Assembly (NCBI GenBank): GCA_020536535.1 | Contig: JAHLWZ010000004.1 | Span: 404,884-457,672 of the forward strand | Reading direction: 5' to 3' | Origin: Pelomyxa schiedti | Taxonomy: Eukaryota > Protista > Evosea | Length of the DNA: 52,789 bases | In this document: positions 43,809 to 52,789 of the stretch, in pieces | Position numbering within the stretch: the stretch's first letter is position 1 | Layout: each line of letters begins with the position of its first letter | Program-made: the position numbers and the translations under genes | The notes under the pieces: model-generated | The model's database searches: none | What the model was told of the DNA's origin: nothing | Seen by the model: only the letters and a program-made list of their open reading frames with translations

Positions 43809-45384
43809 ATGAAGCTATCACTTGAGATATGCTTCCTAGTTGCTGGTATTAATACCGCTGTATTATGGTTCACTAATCACGGTGCACCTTTTCTAGAGAA
43901 CCAAAGTCAAAGAAAGGAAGTATTTCAGGTGGCAAATTGTTTAAAATTGAAGGTGAACCTGGAAGCTGAATTAAGCACTCGCATTGATTACACTGAACTG
44001 GAGTGGGGTGATTGGATTGGTGAGGGAACTTTTTCCGATGTGTGGAGAGGAGTATGGCGAGGTGCAGATGTAGCCATCAAAGTGCTTAAAAACCAACACC
44101 ATTTCCTCAATGAATTGGCTGAAGACTTTTCTCATGAAGTGGATTTAATGAGCAAACTCCGAAGGTTTCTAATTGGTTCTCAGAACTGCATTATTTAATG
44201 TTAATCAGTCCATATGTTCTGAGTTGTCTTGGGGCTGTCCTTATTCCTGGGAAGTTATGCTTAGTCACTGTGTGCCCAATTTATACTTCTATATATTCCT
44301 TACTGAAATTAGGAATTCTTGCCAATGGGCAGGTATAGTATTTGAACACTGGGATATCCCTTTTACTTCCTCAGTTTGACAGACGTGTTAAAAAAAGGTC
44401 CTCTTTCCTATTATGTAAAACTCAGGATGGCTCTGGATTGTGCCCGAGGTTTTTTTTATTATGGAATTGTTTGTCTCTTAATGGCACTTAGGGATGGTAT
44501 ACCTACACAACTCTAATGTCGTACACCTTGATCTCAAGACAGACAATGTATAACAATTACCACTTGCTGCTTTTTTCCTATCCTCAGCGTTGACAGATCT
44601 TGGTTGTTTCACTCAGCTCCAAATCTCCTGTTATATGCAAAATTGCTGGTATGCAATAGCGGTCTACAATTTCCTTACCAACTTTAGATTTTGGGGCATC
44701 ACAAACTGCTGCTAGTTTTGCGTGTCTGTTATCATGTTGCACTGGCACTCTATCATGTATGGAAAGACCTTTAATTAGAACAGTCTTATTTCTTCTCAGA
44801 CATGGCTCCAGGTTTGATTCGAACAATAATTCCGCATTATTGCTGACATAGAGGCAGAGGTAATAGCAAGAAATCATCTCAGTTCAAAGGCAGATGTGTA
44901 TAGGTTTGCAATCCCCCTCTTCGAAAAACTTTTTTCCTCATGCAAAGTAGCTTTGGCATTATACTCTGGCAAATATTCACACGAACATCACCGTTCTCAT
45001 CTATTGAATCTGCATTCGGTAATAATGTCTACATATAAGCACCCTTTTCACCCTTCTTAGCCCTGATGGAATATGTTTCTTTTGGAAAGGTAAGAGGGAA
45101 TGTTCCTTTCCTTTTCTATTTGTTGCAAACAGCAGAAAAAAAAACAGAGAATGGAGATACCAACCCAAATGCCTGAGGATTATACCACAATGGTTGTACA
45201 ATGTTGGGATCAAGACCCTGCACTTAGGCCAAGTAAGTTCTACTCTCTGGATTCCGCCATAGGTTTTTGTTTTAATGTTCTGCCTACTGGTAGCATTCAA
45301 CAATATACTGCCTGTTCTATCCACAATGACTCTGACAGAGGAAGCAGAATACCGAAGAAGGAAGGAGCAGAGGAGGTGCCATGA
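43809..45384 (+). CDS. Protein kinase, tyrosine-kinase-like (TKL) group, multi-exon
   Basis: WIGEGTFSDVWRGVWRGADVAIKVL (GxGxxG..VAIK) ... SPYVLSCLGAV ... VHLDLKTDN ... DFGASQ ... MAPG.IR ... KADVYRFAI ... P..MPEDYTTMVVQCWDQDPALRP. The kinase subdomains are in order. Confidence 0.75.
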
Positions 45385-45984
45385 ACACCATGTTGGTGAA
45401 AACCTCTACCTGTGATAGTGGTGCGAAGGATACCTGTTAACAGTGTTACTCACCACCATCTGAGTAAATTGCTCCACATCACCACTTGGTTTTCTCTTGC
45501 AATAGAAAAGACCTCCTTTCTGTTTAAAAGAATCTTCCCAGCAACCAGCAACCTTTCCTTGGTGATAAATAATTCTGTAACAGAACCGAAGTCTGCCTGT
45601 TTCGGTCTAAGCAACTTTTTCGAATTTGCGAAATGGACAACGCCACCCACGATTGCGCGAGCGCGTGCTCCTCCGAGCTGTTGAACCCACAATCAGTTTA
45701 GTGAGTTTATGTATGTCATTCAATGTTGGGTCTGTGAGTCACGAATCCCCAACGCCCACCACAGAAGAAGAAACTAACATTGGCCCATACGCAGGAACCG
45801 TCATGGACACAGAGGGGAAAACCAACTGTGGAAAGACTCACCGCCACAGTATCCGTACCATTCCTGAACACTAGCATAGTACTACAACAACGTGGTGCAC
45901 ACGACACCCTCGGTGAGCACTCTACCAACAGACCGTATCTACTACTAATAAAAATAGTATATCCCAACACACACCAAATTCTAT

Positions 45985-46672
45985 TTAAACATTCGTTCGA
46001 ATTTGCCAACAGCCAGCCACAAAAACAGGGGGTACAGTGTGGGACTCTGGGATTGTGCTCAGCAAGTACCTGGAGCACCGGGCTGGGCTCAGCCGGCCTC
46101 TAGTCCACTCAGACCACACAGTGCTAGAGCTAGGCAGCGGCACCGGGCTGGTATCCATTGCCTGTGCACTCCTTGGCGCCCGCACAGTTGTGGCCTCTGA
46201 CCTCAATGACCCCTCTCTACTCTCCCTGCTGCGCTCTAACATCCAATCCAACATAATGACAGCTTCGTCTGGTTCTGGTTCATCATCATCTTCTTCTTCT
46301 TCACCTTCACCAACATGCAATGTGATTGTGTGTGCCATTGACTGGTCCTGCCCACCACCTTGGTCAGCACTTGCTCCTGCGGACTCAGCAGCCTGTTGGC
46401 CTGAGTATCCTGATGTGGTTGTCTGCTCTGACCTTGTTTACTCTGACTCTGCCGCTGAGCCTCTGGCCCGTTGCTTGGGACTCTACTGTGGACCTGACAC
46501 TGTAGTACTATTCGCATACGAAGCTCACAAATTCGAGGCCACCAAGCTGTTCTTTTCACTGGTTCGTCAGTCCTTCGACATTGAACCTGTGCAACCTTGT
46601 GACCTGTGCCCTGGGTACTCATGTGGTGGCGTGTATGTTCGAATTCTCAAAAGAAAACCAAAAAACACATAA
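45985..46672 (+). CDS. Class I SAM-dependent protein-lysine methyltransferase, family 16 (METTL21/FAM86/Nnt1-like)
   Basis: VWDSGIVLSKYLEHRAGLSRPL...VLELGSGTGLVSIACALLGARTVVASDLND ... VIVCAIDW ... VVVCSDLVY matches the MTase-16 family signature. The 5' exon was not located; the tracked ORF starts on GTG after an acceptor AG. Confidence 0.75.
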
Positions 46673-46773
46673 AAACTGAAGCCAAGAAAACAAGTGATTC
46701 TGCCTATGGAGCAAAAAAGCTAGTTTTGGGTAGAGCGTATTTGGACGGTGTTTGTACTGTGATGGGGTTTTTT

Positions 46774-46779
46774 TTTATT
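46774..46779 (-). promoter_or_regulatory. AATAAA polyadenylation signal of RPS7 (minus strand)
   Basis: 16 nt downstream of the RPS7 TAA. Confidence 0.5.
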
Positions 46780-46794
46780 TTCTTACTTGACTCA

Positions 46795-47427
46795 TTAGGG
46801 CTCCTCAATTGGGAAGGTGAAGTGAATGCTGCGGCCAGTGAGCTTGCGGTAAACGGTGGTGAATGTCTTAATTTTCTCCTTGACGTGGTGTGGGTCTCGT
46901 GGGTCCAGGTGTCTATGTAAATGGTGAGTTGTATTGTAAAGGTTAGGTTGAGGAGTGAGAACTTACACAGTCGTGAGTTTGCTACCATCAACGCGGAAAC
47001 GGGTGCGTTTCCCGACAATCTCTGTGGGGAACACAATGTCATTGAGGATAGCCTCGTGGACTGCGGTCATTGTGTGGCAGTGGGGCCTCGGCTTTCCGTA
47101 TCCTTTCTCTCCTCGCTTGGCTTTGAAAATGATGCTCCGCTGGGCAACAATGATGACGTGTTTACCGTTGAGCTTCTTCTCCAACTCGGGAATAAGTCTT
47201 GCTTGGATCCTAATTCGCCGGAAGTCAAAAATCAGTACGGAAAGGTTTTTAAGAGTGCTAACTAACCTGTGGTATTGTCTCAAGAATCTGTAAGGGATAA
47301 AAACGACAATCGCCCTGCGCTTCTTATCCACAGCCACCATCTTGGCTGAGAGGCAGTAAAGATTCTTGATTTCCTCTCTCATATCCACAGGGCCTCCCAA
47401 CTCGAGGTCAAGGAGTGCTTGGGCGAC
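46795..47427 (-). CDS. RPS7: 40S ribosomal protein S7e, last three coding exons (47427-47267, 47209-46967, 46912-46795). The first exon or exons lie upstream around 47430-47700.
   Basis: ..VAQALLDLELGGPVDMREEIKNLYCLSAKMVAVDKKRRAIVVFIPYRFLRQYHR|IQARLIPELEKKLNGKHVIIVAQRSIIFKAKRGEKGYGKPRPHCHTMTAVHEAILNDIVFPTEIVGKRTRFRVDGSKLTTV|HLDPRDPHHVKEKIKTFTTVYRKLTGRSIHFTFPIEEP* matches eS7 along its whole length. Introns are a 57-nt in-frame gttagt..gaattag and a 54-nt gtaagt..tacatag. TAA at 46795-46797, AATAAA at 46779-46774. Confidence 0.9.
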
Positions 47428-47985
47428 CTACTCCAAGGTCACTCAGAACGGCCAAACATCTAATAATAAACGGGTGTTTGTTGTTGGAAATGGGAGCACA
47501 CCGTATGCTCCACGGGGGAAATGGGAGCGGTCTTGTCCTTCTTTATGATTTTCTTGGCTGCCGAGAACATTCTTGCGGCTCACAAAAAAAAACCTCTGTC
47601 TGCAATACACGTTAAAAACCGCACCATCGCAAAACAAAAAGGTGCCACCAACCACACAAGGCGTCGCTTTTTGGTTTTTTTTTTAAAAAAAAAAACCGAT
47701 TTCACGTAGACACGGGAACAACAACGCTTGGACAAACGACTAACGGCAACAAAACAAAAAAGTGAGGTTGATCACATGATGAGGTGACGGAGGAGCGCCT
47801 CGTGCGGTCGTGAAGTCGCGGAGCGAAATAAATGTTTTTTTAGAAAGAATAAACTAATAACAAACAAATAAAAAGCGTGATGTCACAAGAAGCAATTTCG
47901 ATGCCCCTTTCTATTTCTATCCGGCCCCAGTCTATAGAAATCTCCCAGTTTCTGTGCAGATCTGCCTCATTGTTCGCCAATCAAA

Positions 47986-48300
47986 ATGACTGCGGCGGTA
48001 GGTCGGGGAAGTGTGGTCGCATCTGACTTGTTGCAATTGTCATACGAGGAGCATACGGACAGGCCGCCAATGCAAGATTCGTACCGGTGTGCGCATTGCT
48101 GCGCAGATCTGTTTGTCGGTGCTGATTCTTGCACGGCAGCAGATCCCACTCTGTGGCTCACTTTCTCCAAGGTACAGTTGGGTTTTTTTTTCCCTTGTAG
48201 TTATGAAATTGTTTTTTGGCTTGCATACACTTCAAATTCTGATCAGCGCAGGCTATTGAGGGTGCCACTGTAAAAGCCGATTCAGAAAGTTATGGAATGG
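47986..48300 (+). CDS. Hypothetical small Cys-rich protein (MTAAVGRGSVVASDLLQLSYEEHTDRPPMQDSYRCAHCCADLFVGADSC...)
   Basis: ORF with a CxxC-containing segment. Weak resemblance to yippee/Mis18-type zinc-binding folds. Not confidently assigned. Confidence 0.2.
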
Positions 48301-48454
48301 AGCGCATTGAAGTGCTGTGCGGAAGGGTATTGTTAATTACAAAAAGCATCAATTAGATTATGCTTATTTGAATTAGTGCAGAAGTCAATTGGGCTACTTT
48401 TATGAAAACATAAGTATGCTTGCCCACACCAAACAGCAACGTTAATGTGATGAT

Positions 48455-49021
48455 GTGAAACTTGGAATTCACCTTTGTCTCAACGTGTCATTGATTCAAC
48501 TAGGTAGTGGGTCATCCTTCTACTGCATCCGACCCATAAGCCTAGACATTCCTGGCAAGCAACAACCACAACCACAACCGCAACCTCAACCACAACCGCA
48601 ACCACAACAAACACCACCACCTACCCGCGATCCCCTCTTCTCTTCCTCCACTCCACCCATACAAGCCCCCGTACTTCCCGTGGAAATTCCTCCCCACACT
48701 GCACACTTGCCACAACAACCGCAAGAGGACCACAACACACTCCCGCCAGTGGGCTGTGTCAGCAGCCCCCCTCGGCTCCCACCAGTCCGTGTACCACAGG
48801 AAACCATCACGGAGGCACCGGCACCGCAACCACCAGAGCAACCACCACATTCAATACCAGTAAGAACTCTGATAGTTGGCCCTAGACCACCACCAAGGAG
48901 CCTGCCTGAACCCGCAGCAACGCGCACATCATTTACTTCACAATTGGCAAAGTGGTTCCCTGTTGGAGTTGCCTTTGCTTCTCCCGTGATAGTCGCAGCT
49001 GTATCCAGATTTGCTTTATAA
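48455..49021 (+). CDS. Hypothetical proline-rich protein with a (QP)n repeat and a hydrophobic C-terminus
   Basis: 188-aa ORF. (CAACCA/CAACCG)n repeat 48566-48600. C-terminal FPVGVAFASPVIVAAVSRFAL*. Confidence 0.3.
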   Translation: MKLGIHLCLNVSLIQLGSGSSFYCIRPISLDIPGKQQPQPQPQPQPQPQPQQTPPPTRDPLFSSSTPPIQAPVLPVEIPPHTAHLPQQPQEDHNTLPPVGCVSSPPRLPPVRVPQETITEAPAPQPPEQPPHSIPVRTLIVGPRPPPRSLPEPAATRTSFTSQLAKWFPVGVAFASPVIVAAVSRFAL

Positions 49022-49149
49022 CTGGAATTTTTCCCTTGGATTTGTTGTAATGCTTGGATATTTTGAACCGAAAACAAAATTTTACAAGTACTCACAACTT
49101 TAGAAGCCCTACTACAAATCAACAACACCTTCCAATCATAAGGCCTATT

Positions 49150-49990
49150 ACAAAATAACAGAGAAGAAAAGAACCTATCTTTCTTCTGGTCTACGTCATC
49201 CAGGCGAACAAGGTCATCATGGCGGATCTTTTCATTGCACTGATCCAGGATTGCTTTGGCTAAGAGACGAAACAGTTCCTCAACCGAAGACATGTCGTAG
49301 ACACTTGTTTCAACAAAGTGGATATTGTGTACCTTTTCTCAGTGTTAGTGATGACGAAATAAACTAGTTTGCCTCATACCTTTGCCAGTTCACGACCTGA
49401 GTCAATGGACACCTTTCTAGAAGGAAGGTCTGTCTTGTTCCCTGCAAGTGCATATACAACATCCGGACAGTACCTATTGGCTTCACTCATCCAAGCTTTG
49501 ACGTTATAGAACGTCTAAAGAAGTGTTACAGTGACGAACAGCATGCTCACGGGAAATAACCTCCTCATCGGTGACGTCATAAACAATAATTACACCCTGT
49601 GCACCCCGATAAAAAGTACTAGTGAGTGTGCCATGCGTATCTTGGCCGACTGTGTCTGAGTAAGAATAGCTGTTTACAAAGGGTACATGCCAGTGTCAAA
49701 GATTTTCAAGAAAATCTTCTTGCCCGACTCCACAACGAGTTTGGTTTTCTCTTCTTTCCCCAGAGGAAGGCTAGCATCACCTTTTGCAGGGTCCCAAGTT
49801 CCATCAATATATCTAATCGTAATCGCAGTCAACAAAAAGGCCCAATGGCAACAAGTGGGTATATTCGTGTGAGCAGCAAATACTTGAGCATCAGGGAGGT
49901 CTTTCCGACGCCAGGATCTCCAAGAATGAGGACTTTGCCTATGCAGTCGTAACAGTACGGCTCCGGTACCGTCGCCATTGAGTCTTCTCA
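49150..49990 (-). CDS. Ras-superfamily small GTPase, Rab-like, multi-exon
   Basis: Exon 1 reads [33 protein letters not shown] (P-loop). Later exons read ..[12 protein letters not shown].., ..[17 protein letters not shown].., ..[30 protein letters not shown]... At least one junction has no canonical GT donor in the right phase. Confidence 0.65.
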
Positions 49991-50189
49991 CGTGACAAAC
50001 TACGCTTACGATTTGACAGTTACGGCTGATTGTATGTCCTCTGAGCGACCACTTGTTTTTTACGAGATCTCCTCATCATGTAACAAAAATCAAAACAACG
50101 ATCAAAGGGCAAAAAAAGAAAACAAATAAAAAGCAAATCGAACGGAACTTTGACAACAAACCCCGGACACATTTGTCATAGCAATAAAA

Positions 50190-51800
50190 TGAGCGATGGA
50201 ACAGTGAAAGGACTTCGGCAAGGGACCGTGAGCTCGGACGACCCAGATCTCCTGTTTACTGTGCAGGATGTAATAGGCAAGGGGTGCGTGAGCAACACGC
50301 CAGATGGTTACTGACTTCCCTTTATTTAATGTTAGGTCGTTTGGAGTTGTGTGTGCGTGCCGTAGCGTTGGGGGGGCCCTTGGGGCCAAGATCTACGCTG
50401 TTAAGTTCATCGCCCTTGGTTGTGATGGGACTGCAAATTCAATGTTACAAAAGGAAGTTGATGCCCTAAGAGAAATCGAGGGATGCCCTCATTGTGTGAG
50501 TGTTGCATTTTCACGGTGCTTATCTGACTTCAAAAACCCCACAAGGTTCAATACCATGGGTGTTACATGAAAGAAACAACTTTAATGGTAGGTTTACATA
50601 CCCCTTAATAAATTTTTATTCTTTGTTGTCTAGATTGTGATGGAATATTGTGATCTTGGCTCTCTTGTTGACATAATGAGCACTTGCCCTACCTTGGTTC
50701 TAACAGAGGATATAATCGCTGCAATTATTTCCAGAGTTCTGCAGGGACTGCTATTTCTGCATTCAAAACGCATTGTGCATAGAGACGTGAGCCTACACAT
50801 TATTACCTCACGATATCTCACAACATACAGGTGAAGGCACGTCAAACTGGCCTATCTTTTAATCTCATTTTCTTCATAGGCTGGAAACATTTTACTGAAT
50901 GCAGAGGGGCACCCCAAACTAGGTTTCCATGTTTTCTTTCTGGCAAAAACTAACTCCTTTTTTCAAAAGCGGATTGTATAATTCACCTTTGTATCCTATT
51001 GTTTCATTCACAATGCTTCTACAGTTGGGGTTGCTGCCAAGTTAATTGATTCGCTGGCTAGAGCCAACACCTGTGTGGGTTCACCATATTGGATGAGCCC
51101 AGAAGTGATGTAAACTACTTATTGACATTCGTTGCCTTGATTCCCTACAGAAAGAGCGTACCCTATTCCTTCAAAGCAGACATTTGGAGTCTCGGCATTA
51201 CGTGCATTGAGATGGCTGATGGTAAGCCACCCTATGCCGAAATCTCCCCGTTCAGGGTTGTTCCACTTCTACATTCTAAGCAAAACCCGAACATTCCAAA
51301 TGACCTCTGAACTAACATCCATGCTTCAGGTAATTTTCATCATCACATCGAAGCCGCCACCCCAGCTCTCTAATCCGGGGAAGTGGTCACCAGAGTTCAA
51401 CAACTTCATCGCCTCGTGCCTGGTACCAGACCCAAACGCCCGTCCCAGTTCCAAAGATTTACTCGAAGTGTGTAGAACGCCACCAAAGCATTCTTATTGC
51501 TTTCTTAACCCATACAGCATCCTTTCATTACCAAGGGAAACAACGTTCCTATGGACCGCCTCAAGGAACTTGCCACGCAATGCCTACCAGCGATCATAGC
51601 ACACAGGGAAGAGCTTGCAAGAGAGCCACCCAAACCCGATGATGTAAGTGTCAGTATGGCAATACAAGCCGCCACTCCCGGCACCCAAATACTACTCAAG
51701 TCGGAACCCACTGGCACCACGGTTATAACAGACGCCGCTGAGGAATCCGGCACCACTGTTTTTTCAAGCAGTGGAACCGCAGTCTACAGTAAGTCTTGAA
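50190..51800 (+). CDS. STE20-group Ser/Thr kinase (MST/GCK-like), at least 8 exons. Possibly continues toward the window end.
   Basis: FTVQDVIGKG|SFGVVCAC...IYAVKFI...|..IVMEYCDLGSLVDIMSTCPTLVLTEDIIAAIISRVLQGLLFLHSKRIVHRDV|..AGNILLNAEGHPKL|..FGVAAKLIDSLARANTCVGSPYWMSPEV|..SFKADIWSLGITCIEMADGKPPYAEISPFR|VIFIITSKPPPQLSNPGKWSPEFNNFIASCLVPDPNARPSSKDLLE|HPFITKGN.. matches MST1/2-type kinases. Confidence 0.8.
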
Positions 51801-52789
51801 TAGTTGAAGTTCTGACTTTTTTTTGTGGGGTTGCCTGCCCTCATTTCGATCAAACAAAAACACGAAAAAATGAAGGTGACACGTGGGGCGATGTGGGGCT
51901 TGGCGTTAGTTGCCGGCTGTTGTATGAGATGGGTTGTTATCAACCAGTGGGATGTGTCACGTAGGCCAGAAATTGCCACTCCAGTCACTGCATACCACAG
52001 AAGTAATCACTTTTTTTTTTTTGTTTTGTTAACAGGAATGAATAGTGATGGAGGGACTGTTCTTGATGCAAAGAGGGGAGTCACCGTATTTTGGCTGGGC
52101 GTTCCATCAAGCTCCGCTTCTGTTACCTGTGTTTGATTTGTTGAATAGTTGTCTACTTCCCCCATACTATTTTGTTGCCTTTCATCTAATGGTAACTTGA
52201 CAAGAATGCGATGCTTTTTGGACCAAAGCTATCTTCTCTATCCTCGATTTACTGATTACAGTAATGCTTTACAAAGTAGCTACCTGGAGCCAGAAGCACA
52301 TATTGTAAGGTTTTTCCATGGCAATTATTTGTTGTGGGGTTGCTTTGGGGGAGCATCTCTAACGATTGACAAGAACTGACAAGTCAAGTGGTGGCTTTGA
52401 GACAAGGGAGGATTTTCCAGATATCGTGGCTTTAATGTAAGCACACACTTTGCTTGCTAGCACTAACTTTTCCACTCTGAACTATAGTTACTTTTGTAGC
52501 CCTTTATCTGTTCTTGCTAGTGGTGGTCTTTCATTGGGCGTTTTTTCGAACTTTTTTGTAATCTCCTCCATCTTCATGGCAACACTTGGTATTTCTTATG
52601 GATTTATCTTCTGACCTAACTTTCAGGACTAGGCCCGTTCCCTCTTATAGCTGTAGCCTCACTTGCAGTATCCAGTTATCTAAGCTTGTATCCAGTTATT
52701 CTTCTCCCTGCTGTCCTATTATTACTGAGACCCGGCTTGGTAGGGCGTCATGTTTACTTATATTTCATTAAACTGAGCTGCAGGTCAAA

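Noticed and set aside
46955-46965. In-frame TAA terminating the RPS7 ORF after ..KLTTV, 35 residues short of a normal eS7 C-terminus
   Set aside because: This is not a truncation. The TAA is part of a GTAAGT donor. Splicing out 46913-46966 restores the conserved C-terminus HLD...YRKLTG..FTFPIEEP*.
1-52789. Prokaryotic reading of the window (operons, RBS, single-exon genes) as suggested by the six-frame ORF track, which even uses GTG starts
   Set aside because: Nearly every conserved protein is recovered only after removing short GT-AG introns. AATAAA signals follow stops, and the gene content (GPCR, SNARE, Rab/Rho/Ras, RPS7e, Naa10) is eukaryotic. The alternative-start ORF calls (e.g. M from GTG at 46037) are artefacts of the ORF finder.

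Overview
This window is eukaryotic nuclear DNA, not prokaryotic. Most long reading frames are interrupted by short GT..AG spliceosomal introns (about 34-80 nt, with several possibly shorter). Stop codons follow the standard code and AATAAA signals sit 15-35 nt after several stops. The sequence also contains long homopolymers and microsatellites. Gene density is high (about 30 genes in 52.8 kb, intergenic spacers often 100-550 bp) and long runs of genes share one strand. I could not identify the organism. The gene content (rhodopsin-like GPCR, olfactomedin domain, FERM, TKL and STE20/MST kinases, vault-PARP-like PARP-VIT-vWA architecture) points to a compact metazoan- or holozoan-type genome. 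Recognisable genes, in order: PAP2 lipid phosphatase (+), Naa10 N-acetyltransferase (-), a very large THADA/Trm732-like gene (-), a divergent Hsp70 (-), a Ras GTPase (-), an olfactomedin-domain gene (-), Rab1 (+), a GH25 lysozyme (-), a PARP catalytic domain followed by VIT and vWA domains (+), an R-SNARE-like gene (+), a small gene carrying a prokaryote-type CFIATAA(Y/F)G domain (+), a Rho/Rac GTPase (-), a bacterial-type DUF1848 gene with introns (-), a dual-specificity phosphatase (+), glutamine:fructose-6-phosphate amidotransferase (+), a class-A-like GPCR (-), a FERM-like/low-complexity gene (+), a TPR tail-anchored protein (+), a TKL kinase (+), a family-16 lysine methyltransferase (+), ribosomal protein S7e (-), a Rab-like GTPase (-) and an STE20/MST-like kinase (+). 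The most unusual content is three intron-bearing genes whose closest resemblance is to bacterial or archaeal families (GH25 muramidase, DUF1848, CFIATAAYG-type domain) inside an otherwise ordinary housekeeping and signalling neighbourhood. All exon coordinates were derived by hand from splice-motif reading and are approximate.
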